A stretch of DNA of 64,000 nt from Dipteris shenzhenensis (lineage: Eukaryota): the NCBI GenBank assembly GCA_047967505.1, contig CM106538.1. One strand, given 5' to 3'. A program made the position numbers and the translations under genes. This document shows positions 1 through 12,400 of the stretch, one piece after another (position 1 is the first letter of the stretch; each line of letters starts with the position of its first letter). The notes under the pieces were generated by a model, which ran no database searches, was not told where the DNA came from, and saw only the letters and a program-made list of their open reading frames with translations.

Positions 1-1846
1 TTGCCCTCCCTATGCTCTCCCCGGGTTGGGTCATCTTCTTCTTTTCTATAAGCTCAAGGAGGAGCTCTTTGTGAAGCTCGCCCGGGCCTACGGAGCCGTC
101 TACAGGTCTGTCTCCCAAACTTTGTTGTAGGCGGGTCTGTCAACGGCCTTGCTCCGAGATTTTGTTGTGGAGTATCTATTGCCGGTTTTTGCTCCACTGA
201 CCCGAGCTTTTCCCTGGAGTACAGATTGCACATCGGACGGCAGCCCTATGTTATCATTGCCGATGCGGAACTGTGCAAGGAACTGTGCATCAAGCAGTTC
301 AAATCTGCCACGGACCGTAATCCTCCGCCTTACATCGAGACTGTCCCGGTTCTTAACCGTGGTCTCTTTTTCACCAGGTAATTGAAACCTCATCGTCTGC
401 CAAGATTTCTGTACACTCGCCTTCGGGTGTGATTCTGCTTTTTGCTTATCCTTACTCGGCTCGTCGCACAGAGGCAACAAATGGTCATCTTTGCGCAACA
501 TCCAGCTCCCTTTCTACCATTCTGATCAGATGCGCAAATACGTACCATTGATGAGCCGTATCATCGACAACCTGTTGACTGAGCTGGCTACTAAGACAGA
601 GAGCGAAGACGTGGAAGTTTGCGACTATCTGATGAGGATGACGGTAGACGTCATTGGAGAGGCTGCATTCGGCACACAATTCGGATGTCTCAAGGGACAG
701 AAATCGGGAGACCCTGAAAGTTTGGAATCAAAATTAATTCTTTGTGCACAGAGATTTATCGCTGCACTCCGGTTGGACGAAAAAGCTCCATTAAGCACAA
801 TCGTTGGAGTCTTCTTGCCTGTCTTACAGCAACCAGTACGAAAGTTTCTGGCTATGTTCCCCTCGACAGGTGATGGGGATCAAGAAATGTGCGCTCTCAA
901 TCTGCAAAACGTGTTGAGTCAAATCGTTTCACAGAGAAAGCGGCAGGTTGGAAACGAGAACCGGATCGATGGATTGTCCTTGCTACTAAACGCAAAGAAG
1001 GACGCACCACAACTCCTTACAGACGATTACGTAGGTGGGCTGACTTTCGAGATGCTTCTGACCGGGTCGGAGACCACCTCAACAACGCTCTCTTTTGCCC
1101 TGTATCTAATCTCTGGCCATCCGGAGGTTGAACGCAAGCTGGTGAAAGAAATAGATGCTTTTGGGCCACACGATCGCAAACCCACCTATGAGGATCTCGA
1201 CCGGTTTCCCTACGTGGAACAGGTATGGCGCGGAGCTCTAGATCGTAAGACTCTTCCATGGAATTCCTATCCGAAACTGATTTACTGCACAATTGGAAGC
1301 GTAGGTAATAAAAGAAGCGCTACGATACTACACCCCGTCACCGATAATTGCTCGTGAGATATTGAAAGACATGGAGCTAGGCGGTTACCGTCTTAAGAAG
1401 GTACGAGATGCAGCAAAGCTGGCAAACACAGTCGGATTTCTAAGATCAGATCAGCCATGTTTTGGTATAGGTATCTTTGTGATCCGCTCAATCATGCTTG
1501 TTATGTGGTGCTATGACAGGGCACTGCGGTGTGGCTGGCGATGAACGCCGTGTTGTGGGATCCGAAACATTTTCCAGAGCCAGATAAGTTCAGGCCAGAG
1601 AGATTCGATCCGAACTGCGAGGAAAACAAGGCGAGGCACCCATATGCATTCAGCCCTTTTGGGATGGGGCCTCGGATCTGCATAGGCTATAAGTTCTCGA
1701 TGCAGGAAGCCAAGATGGCATTGATAATGCTGTACCAAAGGTTCACGTTCGAGCATTCTCCTGCAATGGAGAAGCCTCTAGCCATGCACTTCGGCATTAT
1801 TCGTCGCCCTAAGTTTGGTGTGAGGTTGCGAGTTCATCCACGTTGA
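1..1846 (+). CDS. MAX1: Cytochrome P450 CYP711A/MAX1-like (strigolactone-pathway P450 family); 5' end lies upstream of the window. Exons <1-105, 225-377, 472-1222, 1305-1400, 1520-1846
   Basis: GT-AG introns at 106-224, 378-471, 1223-1304 and 1401-1519 join one open frame: PPYALPGLGHLLL...YGAVYR|LHIGRQPYVIIADAELC...GLFFTR|GNKWSSLRN...LLTGSETTSTTLS...FPYVEQ|VIKEALR (ExxR)...YRLKK|GTAVWLA...PERF...RHPYAFSPFGMGPRICIG (heme FxxGxRxCxG). The motif string closely follows MAX1 as I recall it. Confidence 0.92.
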
Positions 1847-1976
1847 TGTAAACATTGGCACTTAATGAAACAGGCCTAACAAACGCGTGTGTGTGTGTCT
1901 TTGTTAGGTTTGTGTGCCTTGTTTCCTTGTGATTGAATTTTCAATATAGCATTCTACGGCCTGGTTTTACTAAGGG

Positions 1977-1980
<4 letters not shown>

Positions 1981-2012
<32 letters not shown>

Positions 2013-2072
2013 GTGTACATACATGCATACATATGTATGTATATATGTGTGTGTATGTGTATGTGTGTGTGT
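1981..2072. repeat. (CT)n microsatellite followed by a TA/TG-rich compound microsatellite
   Basis: Read directly, just downstream of the P450 3' end. Confidence 0.9.
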
Positions 2073-3070
2073 ATCCACTTATAAGCCATCCTTCCCCACC
2101 AATTTTACTAGAATCCACATGTGTTTGAGTGGTTCTCTCTCATAAGACAAAATGTAGTTGGAACGGTTGCTATGCCTAGCTTTAAAACTTAATATTTTTG
2201 GAGGTCACATAAGTTAAGTTGCACTAAGTACCATGCATAATGCAATTTACATAATTAGATTTCTTCTCATCCACATAGATTAATAATATTACTATGCATT
2301 CTCGTTGTTGTAATATTCATGCATTTGTCACATGATTTATATATGTATGCATGCAATTGTCTATGCACTAACTCAATGCATCATGTTGCCATGCCTTTAT
2401 TTTTAACTAGTTGTGCAGTCTTCAGTGGTAACTCACGTATCATGGGGATCTTGGGGGAATGCCATCGAAGCCTCTACTCTTGAACAACTCCTTGTGGGAG
2501 CTCCATGTGTGCAAACTGTCTACCTGTGTCACCCAAGCGTCTACCGGATCGTGTGCAAGTGATTTCATGAGGGGAGGGAAGAGAGGGGAGAAGGGAGGGG
2601 GAGGGGAATGAGAGCACGAGGGAGAGAAGATGGGGGTAGGGGAATAGTGGCAATCACAAGACCACTCACAAGAAAGGACAAGAAGACTCAATACAAGAGA
2701 ATGAGAAGAAGAGAGAGCTTCTATTCAATTCTTCAAAGTATACAATGAAGACAAAAGTCAAACCTTTGGCCATATATACATATCCACCTTTTGAAGGGAG
2801 GACTAACCCTTGCACTCTCTCGAGTCTCTCTTCTCTCATTTTACAACCACTTGGGCTCATTCGACTCCAAGAGAATTATCACTTGCTACTTCTCATGCTC
2901 CCTCCTACATTTCCACTTTCACTATTAACCAACGTGGCAGTTAACATGCCCCCCTTCCTACTCACAATCCTCCCATGAATTGTGTTCAATGCATAATGCC
3001 GGACTTGAGGGCATTGTTCATAATTCAGTAGCAGCCCTCTAGGAGATGCATCAAAAGGAATGTAGCGGCT

Positions 3071-3480
3071 TTCAAAAATGTGTCTTGAACATGTCTTTAA
3101 ATGTCTGGATGTGATGGCTGTGAAGATTTTGGACACATATAGATAACCAAATTACTTGAGGGAATAAGGGGCCCTCATTGAGATTGAACACTATTTCCTC
3201 TTGCAGTCGCTGGTGGTGATCCTCCGGTGGTAGGTCAAGAGCAAGGAGGTTCTTCAATAGTCGAATGTCATGTGGGAGATGTAGCAAAAGGGATGTAGGA
3301 GCTTCCAAAAATGTGTCTCAAACATGTCTTCAAATGTCTGGATGTGATGGCCGTGAAGATTTTGGACACATATAGATAAGCAAATTACTTGAGGGAATAA
3401 GGGGCCCTCATTGAGATTGAACACTATTTCCTCTCTTGTAGTCACTAGTGGTGCTTCTCTGCTAGCAGGTCAAGAGCAGG
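3071..3480. repeat. Direct tandem duplication, period about 233 bp
   Basis: The block aaaaatgtgtct...aacatgtctt...ggggccctcattgagattgaacactatttcctct occurs at about 3073-3203 and again at about 3306-3438. Confidence 0.85.
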
Positions 3481-4376
3481 GAGGTCCTTCAGCAAAATTA
3501 AAAGCAGTTGGAAAAAGTGCATGGTTGCCACAACTGTTTTTTTTTTTTAAGGCGAAAAAAAGTAAAAGTTGCCACAACTGTTGGATCTGGGACAGATGCA
3601 AATTTTGTGTTGAACTTCACCATCTAGTCAACCAGAGGTAGTGAAGAGCCAACCTCTGGAAAATCGAAGCAAGGGAAGTTGCAGGCAATGTGGGGATTTG
3701 CTTCCCACATCTTCTCAAAATCTGGTGCACGGAGTGGCATGAAGGTAGGGTCGATCCTCCGTTGATCTCACGTAGCAATAAGTCCACCAAAATGCTGCAT
3801 GTTTTAAAAATGGGATTCTCCATGGAGGTTGGAGACCAGCATCCTTATCGGCTTGGGGTACACAGATTGTAGTTAGGTCAGCCATATCTCCCCATATACA
3901 CCGATCATGTTCATGTCACCATTTGTGGAAGTTGCATCGAATGAGATCAGTTAAAGCTCTCACCTCCATTATGTCTTTTCGAGATAGGTGAAAGCTTTGC
4001 AACTTTCCTTTCCACATGTTCATGTCAGGCAAAGTATCATGCCCATTAAAGACATACACATGTTAAGCTAGAAGCATAGTCATGTATATTTTTTTTGTTT
4101 CCTATTTTTTAGGGATGGTTGCTTGTCACATAAATTATTTTAGAAGCAATTAAATTCTAATATTAATTTCCATTGGTAATCTTTGTTTCTTTTTATACAA
4201 GATTTCACTCTACATGAGAGTTCAGATGTGGCATTGTATGTGAGAAATGAAGTGCTTGCCTTTGGGCAAATATGCATTAATAGGCTGGAACAAAGTCTAA
4301 TGACTCTAGAAGAGATTTAGAGGCATAAGAGAAGATATCTTATGCATCATTTTCAAAAAATGGTGTATCTTTACAC

Positions 4377-5279
4377 GGGTGTGATTTTTTGGTGAGCTTT
4401 TTGTCATGAGCTTTTTTTCAATTTTCATGAATATTGCGAGCTTTTCATTCACCTGAGAGAGAGAGAGGGGGGGGTCATGGAGTGGGGTGGGTTGAAAGTT
4501 TGGGTTGTGGTTGCAGTTAAGAGGAGAGAGGGGGGGGAGGGGAGATAAAGGAAAGGGGGAGGGACGGGCGCATGGGTAAGGTGGCATGGAGAAGGGAGGG
4601 GAGGGGAGTTGGAACATATATTCATTATCATAGTGGAGAACGTAGAGGGGGAACTTATAAGGTATGCAAAGAGGAGTGCAAGGAGGAGAGAGAGGATGAG
4701 GAATGTGAAAGTTATGTTCATCTACTAAATGTAAAGGGGAAGGGAGAGCATGTGGGAAATTTGTTTATTTTCAAAGTGTATAATTTGACAGATTTGACCT
4801 TTTTTATTGGATTCCTCGTCGAATTCCGGTCAACGCAGACTCAAAACAGGCCCCAAACAGGCCAAAATGACAAAAACACCATTTTTCCAATTTTTATCAG
4901 AATATGGTCATGTTGGTACTCAAAATGACCGGAATTCGACGAGGAATCCAAATATGAGGTCAAAAGTTTCAAATTATACACTTTTAAAATGTACATATCT
5001 CCCATAGTTCCTCCCTTCTACTTTGAATATGGACATATCTTCCATAATTTTTTGCCTCCTACTGCCACTCATATCCTCCCCCCCCTTGTGCATAGTATAC
5101 ACTCTTCCACCCCTCCCACATGCTATGAAAATGAACATATCCTATATTCTCTCCCCCTCTTTCTAACCTCCCCATCTTTCTTATAACAAAAACATGTATG
5201 GATTTCTAAAAAAAGCTCGCAAAAACAAAGGAAATGGTAAAAAAGCTCACATTAAAAAGCTCGCCAAAAGATTTCCCCC
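4377..5279. mobile_element. Non-autonomous Mutator-like (MULE) foldback element, 903 bp
   Basis: 9-bp TSD TCTTTACAC at 4368-4376 and 5280-5288. Termini read GGGTGTGATTTTTTGGTGAGCTTTTT and (reverse complement) GGGGGAAATCTTTTGGCGAGCTTTTT. There is an internal perfect 26-bp inverted repeat at 4807-4832 / 4926-4951. Confidence 0.85.
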
Positions 5280-5959
5280 TCTTTACACCACCTCTATGTT
5301 GATAACAACAACTCTTGGATTATCATATAGAGGTTATTTAATTTATTTACTACTCAATTAATAAAAAATAAGAAAACAATTAGTAAATATATACGAAAAT
5401 TTTAAATAAATAATTAAGGAGGCATTTAGCAATAAAATTATATAACAACTATTTTGATGATTAATTAGCAGTTCATAAATTTTTTACAAAAGTTAGTTAG
5501 TAAAATATTGTAATTAGAAAATTAATTAATAACTAATAAATTAATTAATGGTGAAATTGATTAGAAATTATGCTTGTCTCTTTGAGCTTATGTACTTTGT
5601 GATTTTTGGTTATATGTTTATAATAACCTTAATTTTTGGCCTTCCCCTTTTTTTCATCACTAGAAGTTTGGGAATGTAGTCATGTTTGATTGGAAAAGAT
5701 TAAGGGCTATACAAAGTATCATACCCATCGGATATTACTTGCATGGTTGGACATGCATATTTCCAAGTATCTTACCAAGAATCATGCATGCATGTCAAAA
5801 AACATGCATCAACATACTTCTAGCCTATGTATGCATCTCTGATGGGCATGCTACTTTACACAATCCTTAATCTAAGTAAGATTAAGGCATGTGCAAATCA
5901 TCATACCCATCGGATATCATTTGCATGGCTGGACATGCATATTTCCTTGTTTTCTTACC

Positions 5960-6085
5960 TAAATCCTAAACCCTGAATTTTAAACTTTAAACCCTAAACT
6001 CTAAACCCCCAAATGCTAAACTTGAAAACCTAAATTCTAAATGCTAATCCCTAAATCCTAAAAGCTAAACCCTAAACTCTAAAAT
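5960..6085 (+). repeat. Degenerate telomere-like (CCCTAAA)n tract
   Basis: Repeated ccctaaa, cctaaat and ctctaaa units. Confidence 0.8.
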
Positions 6086-6464
6086 TATAAATAAGTTGCT
6101 TCGGTTAAGATCTAACCTATACTCTCAGACGTAAAATTAGAAAAGAAATCAAACTCTATAATCATTTTTTTGTTAAATTGTTTAAAAAATCAAAATGTGA
6201 ACAATTGTTCTTAAAAACCCCCATTTCGAAGGTATAAAATGAAAAAAAAACCCATTTTGAGGTATAAAATAAAAATATGTTTTTTAAGTAGGGAAAAGTA
6301 AAAATTTTCAAAATCTAGAAACATTTTTTGAAAAACCCTCATTTCTTGCTAATTTGGGAAAAAAAATCAAAATGGGACATGTTTTGAGAACTCTCGTTTT
6401 TTGGAATGGATTTGGTTTCGAAACAGAAATGTGAAACACTTTTAGATTTATTTTTTTTGTGGTC

Positions 6465-7624
6465 TCCCCCCACATGTGGCGCCACATGTGGGTATAATGA
6501 GGGGAAGAGGAAGTGAGTGATGGGGAAGTAGGGAGAGGAAGACTGGGGAGTGGAGAAGAGGGGAGAGGGAAGGTGAGGGAGGGGGGAGGTGGAGCAAATG
6601 AGGGGGAAGTGGGGAAAGAAAGAGAGAAGAAACCCCCCCCCCCAACATATGGCTCATGCCACATGTTCAGGGGGGGGGGGGGGGCTTTTCCCCTCCCAAG
6701 ATGTGGGGGGTATGAGCCATATCTTGGGGGGGGCAACATATGGCAGCCTCCCCCTCCCCCTTCCCAAGATGTGGTGTATGAACCATCTGTTGGGGGTTGG
6801 GGGGGGGGGCATGAGGCAGACTCCCCCAACTTAGAGGGGGGACCAACATGTGGCAACCTCCCCCTCCCCCCCAATATATGGTTCAAACCACGTCGGCTGG
6901 GGGGCAACATGTGGCATATGTTGCCCCACGCTACTTGTTGGGAGGAGAGGAGCCCCCTCCCCCCGCCAACATGCAGCTGGGCCAAATGTTGGGAGGGGGT
7001 GGTAGCGGGGGGTAGGCTTCTTTCTCTCCCCCCACTTCCCCCTCTCCCACTCCCACTCCCACCTCCCCCCTCCCTCACCTTCCCTCTCCCCTCCTCCCCG
7101 CACAACACCCCCCCTAACATGTGGTGGTGGGGGACGGGGGCTTCTTTCTCTCCACCCACTTCCCCCTCTCCCACTCCAACTCCCTCTCCCAACTCCCCCC
7201 TCCCTCACCTTCCCTCTCCCCTCCTCTCCACACCCCCCATGCCATGTGGTGCATGCCACATGTTGAGGGGAGGGGGAGCCCTTCCCCCCAACATGTGGTG
7301 CATGCCACATGTTGAGGCAAGACTAGTAGGGAAAGGGAGAGGCAAGAGTAGGCAGAGGAGAAGATGGGAGAGGAGAGAGGAGGGGAGAGGGAGATGTGGA
7401 GGAGGGGAAGGGAGGGGAGAAGGAGGGGAAGGGAGGGGAGGGAAGGGGAGAGGTGAGTGACGTGAGACAAAGGAGGGAAGGGGAGATGCACCATGAGAGA
7501 GAGAGAGAGAGAGAGGGAAAGGGAGAGGTGACATGAGAGAGAGAGAGAGAGAGAGAGAGAACAGGGGGGAGGAGAGCAACATGAGAGAGAGGAGGAAAGG
7601 GGAGACTAGGGAAGAGGAGTGGCA

Positions 7625-7669
<45 letters not shown>

Positions 7670-7679
7670 GAGATGAGGG

Positions 7680-7712
<33 letters not shown>

Positions 7713-8208
7713 GAGATGAGGGAGAGAGAGAGAGAGAGGGGGGGGGGAGAGGCAACATGAGAGAGAGAGAAGGAGGGGAGGGGAGGGGAGGGGAGAGGTG
7801 AGCGACATGAGAGAGAGGAGGGGAGGAGAGAGGGTTGGGACGAGGGGAGGGGTAATGTGAGAGAGGGGAGGGGACAAATGAGTGATGGGAGTTTAGAGAG
7901 AGGAGTGAAGGGGGGAGAGATCAGAGAGGGGAGGCAAGAAAAAGAGAGGAGAAATGGATGGAGGGAATGCTTTTGAAATTTTATTTGAAAATACATCTTC
8001 TCCCTACCCGCCATCCCTCTCTCCCATCTCCTTGCCTCCCCTCCCCTCTCCTCTCCTCTCTCCTCCCTTCCCTCCTCTCCCTCAAATCGAGCTCAAATCC
8101 CATCACTCGCCTCTCTCCTCCTCTCTCTTACATCACACCTCCCCTCTCTCCTCCCCTTTCCTCTCTCACGTCGCTCACCTCTCCCCTCCCCTCCTCTTGC
8201 CCCCCTTC

Positions 8209-8274
<66 letters not shown>

Positions 8275-8390
8275 CTCTCCGTCTCTCATGTGGTCTCTCC
8301 CCTCCCCTCCTGGCTCTCACGTTTCTCAACTCTCCCCTCCCCTCCTCTCCTTTCCCTTCTCTTGTTCCTCTCCCTTTCCCTCTCCCTGAG
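6465..8390. repeat. Purine/pyrimidine-rich low-complexity foldback region with (GA)n and (CT)n microsatellites
   Basis: The G-rich block at 6550-6640 resembles the reverse complement of C-rich blocks at 7020-7230. The G/A-rich 7330-7950 is opposed by the C/T-rich 7995-8390. ccacatgt/caacatgtgg motifs recur. Confidence 0.75.
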
Positions 8391-8449
8391 GTTATGTAGC
8401 ACCCAACCTATTGCTCAAATCAATATATTTTCCAATTTATCGGTAGCGG

Positions 8450-8810
8450 TTTAGGGTTTAAGGTTTAAAGATTATGCTATGAGATATTAGATTTAGGATT
8501 TAGGGTTGAGGATTGAGAATCCAAGGTTTAATATTTAGTTTTTAGTGGGTTTAGGATTTAAGATTTAGAGTTTAGGGTTTAAGATTCAGGATCTAGGGTT
8601 TAGCATTTAGGGTTTAGGCTTTAGGGTTTAGGATTTACAATCTATGGTTTAATCTTTAAGATTTATGGTTTATGATTTAGGACTGAAGATATAAGACTTA
8701 GAGTCTAGGGTTTAAGATCTAGAGATTAGGCTTTTGATTTAGAGTCTAAGATTTAAGATTTAAGGTTTAAGGATTAATTTCTATGGTTTATAGTTTAGGG
8801 TTTAAGGTTT
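8450..8810 (+). repeat. Degenerate telomere-like (TTTAGGG)n tract
   Basis: Repeated tttaggg, tttaagg and tttagga units, in the opposite orientation to 5960-6085. Confidence 0.8.
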
Positions 8811-9491
8811 CTAAGGTGATAAGTATCATCGCTTCCTCGCTCTCTCTCTGTCCCTCTTTCTCTCCCATCATCCCCACCCTTCGGAGACCCTTTGTCATGT
8901 GTCTCTTGAGCTCCTTCCCTCTATACCTCCCCCTAGGTCCCTCTTCCATGCCCCCCCTAATTCCTTGCCTCCTCCTAAGAGTCTCATCCCACCCTCTCTC
9001 TTACTCCTTCCCAACCTATGGGAAGTGCAATAGGTGGGGAAGGCCATTATGTGTTGTGCTAGGTGATGGGAAAATGGATTGCTGAGGGGGAGAAACATCC
9101 CTTTCCCACCACTAAATCACCCATTTTTGCAAGCAAAAATGTCTATTGCACTAGTGGTGGGAGAAGGGATGAGTTAGGGGGAGGAACCTCCCTCTCCCAC
9201 TACTTCACCCACATGTTACGAGCATAATAGGTGGGGGAGGCACTTGGAGAAATGGGGGAGGGGGGAGGGATGTGACAAGGTAGTGGGGGATGAGAGAGGG
9301 GGGGAGGTGTTACGAGTGCCATAAGTCTAATGTGTTGCATATTGGCAACTCCTCCACCCCTCCTCCCTCAACCCATCCCCCCTTCCCTCTCATTACCCCC
9401 TTGCTCCCCCCCCCCCTTTCCTACCCTTCTCTCCCCCTCCCCATCTCCCCTCCCCTTCCCCTCCCTCCCCTTTCTTATCCCTCCCCCTGCT

Positions 9492-12400
9492 TGACAAAAT
9501 ATGAAGAAGGGAGAGGAGAAGAGTGGAGATGAGGAGAGAGGGCACATCTAGAGAGCACACCACAAATGACTAACTGTACACTAGATTTAGTTGAAAATGT
9601 AGAATATATACAAATCCATTTAGGGTTAGGGTTAGGGCATCTAACCCTTTCCTTTATAGCACTCTACTAGGTTATTGCTATGCACATATGATCACATGAT
9701 GTTGAGCATGAACTCTCAACACCTTCCCTCAAGATCAACATTATGAAGTACACCTTCCCTCAAGATGGTGATTCTGGGGAATCGAAGAAGGCTAGAGCAT
9801 TACATTCCGTCACACCCCTTCAATGGGAATGCCCTTCCTCTGCATCAAACCAAGAGCTAGTCTGTGTTTCTTGAAAAGCTCTTTACCGAGTGGTTTCCTA
9901 AAGATGTTTGCAACATTCTCTTTGCTATCACAATGATACAATGTGATGTCACCAAGTAACACTCTTTCTCTGATGAACTACTCTCTAACATCAATGTGCT
10001 TTGGAGTGATAAGTCTTGTTTTAGTTTTCTGATGAAGCTATCCTTGCTTCCTATCACAATCAGATCATCTACGTACAAAAGTACAATAGTAACATCTTCC
10101 CCTTGTACTTTTTAGTAGAGAGTATGATCTGCATCAGACTTCATGTATCCCAGATCAACAAAATACTTGTTGATTCTGTTGTACCAACTTTTGGGTGCTT
10201 GCTTTAAGCCATAGAGACTTTTCTTGAGATGGCAAACCTTATTCTCTTTTCCTGGTTCAACATAACCTACTGGTCTAAATAACCATTGAGAAATGCATTC
10301 TTGACATCGAGTTGATACACATTCCATCTGCTAAGTGTTGCTAGTGATATCAAGAACTGTATGAAATCCATCTTTGCTATTGGAGCATAAGTCTCATCAT
10401 AATCTTAACCATATTGATGTGCAAATCCTTTTGCAACTAGTTTGGCTTTGTTTCTTTGAATACTTCCATATGGATTGTACTTCACTTTGTATACCCATTT
10501 GTTTGCTATGGCCTTCTTCCCTGGTCGAAGGTCGCATAATTCCCAAGTATTATTCTTATACAAAGCATCCATTCCTTCATTCATAGCAGTTTCCCATTCT
10601 GGCTTGTCTTCTATGTCTTCAAAGTACACTGGCTCTTCTGTAGCCATGATGGTAGTCATGAGAGCATAATTGGTGGTTTCAAAATTCAACCTGAATTGCT
10701 TTGCCTTTCTAAGCATATGTCAATCTGGCTGGAGGTCTGCTTTCTGTAGTAGACCGTCTGAGCTGCTGTGGCTCTGCTTGGGGTGTTTTTGGCAATTCTT
10801 GCTCTTCTTCATCAATCTTTTCTATAGATGATTGAGCAATTAGTGCGTCTATCTCCTGTGTGTTTGAGGTTTTCCATTCTGATTCCTCATCAAAGATTAC
10901 ATTTTTCAAGATAATGACCTTGCGGTTGATGGGATCATACAACTTGTATGCTTTGCTTTCTTCACTGTAGCCGACCATGATGCATTTGCGTGACTTCGCA
11001 TCCAATTTCCTATGATCATCATCATCTATATGGGCATATGCTATGCAACCAAATATGCAGAGATGCCCAATGTGTGGCTTATGTCCAGTGAATGCTTCAT
11101 GAGTCATACCCTGTATCGGTTTGGTTAGAAGCCGATTAAGCAAGTAGTTCGCAGTGGCTATTGCTTTTGCCCAATACTGATTTGGAAGATGCTTCTCACT
11201 AAGCATTGCTCTAGCATTGTCTACTAAAGTACCATTCTTTCTTTCAGCTCTTGCATTTTGCTGAGGAGTATCTGCACAAATGAATTGTCTTTGAATGCCA
11301 TGACTTCTGCAAAAGTTCATGAATGTTGAAGACATGTACTCACATCCTCTGTCTAATCTCATGACTTTGATCTTTTTTCTTGTCTGGTTTTCTACCATGG
11401 CTTTGAATTCTTGAAATCTGGGAAACACTTTCTATTTCTCTTTCAGAAAGTAGACCTAACAATATCTGTTGTAGTCATCAATGAAAGTCAAGTAGTAAAG
11501 TGAACCATTGATGCTGCACGTCTGGGCATAACCCCATACATCTCTATGTATCAAACCAAGAATACCTCATGCACGAAAGGTACTTTTTCCAAATTTTCCC
11601 AAGAAACTATAGCTTTGGAATCCCAATTACCATATTTTGATTCTTGAAATCTAGCAAGTACTTGAAATTGACATGACCATATCTCTTGTGCCATTTTGTA
11701 GATAGTGACATCTGTTGTGGTTGAGCTAACATGGCATGTTTCTCTAGTACTGTAGCTAGTATTCTGTATAAGTGTCCTTCGTTGACACCTTTTGCTATTA
11801 GCTGACATCTTCTAGATTTGTCTCTGATAGTGCATTCATCTCTGTTGAAGATGACTCGATAATTGTGTTCCATCATTTGACCTACTAACAAAAGGTTCTT
11901 GCTGAGCTTCTGCACATACTACATCTTTCACCAATCCTTTCGTACCAGTGAAATTGTACATAGGGATAACACGTCCCTTGAATTGGATTTGGTGTATTAT
12001 CTGCTGTGTAGATTATACTTTTTTAACCTTCTAATGGTTTCATCTCTGTGAACCATTCATGATGATTTGTCATGTGAGATGGTGCACCGCTATCGATATA
12101 CCAAGGATCCTGATTTGCTTGGTCGACTTGATAGAGCTAAAATCCTCTTTGGGATTGAAATCCATGTCTAGGTACATTGTATCAGTTTGTTGCATTTCCT
12201 CTTTTGCAAGAAACATATTCCCATGTTCATTTGCAAAATGATTGTGACTACAATGTCCACCATGATGATTTCCTCTTCCGTGAAAATTTCCTCGATTACT
12301 GCTATTGGATTGACCACCTTGGTTGTACTACTTCTTGTGGCAATCTCTTTCATAGTGTCCAAACTTATTACAATAGTTGCACTGAATGTTTGACATGTTG

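Noticed and set aside
491-1357. ORF-track 288-aa P450 as a standalone protein
   Set aside because: It is exon 3 read through into intron 3; the spliced model restores the ExxR and heme motifs.
6308-8454. Long Pro/Gly/Leu/Ser-rich ORFs (up to 315 aa) on both strands
   Set aside because: They arise from stop-poor G/C and GA/CT low-complexity sequence and show no domain motifs.
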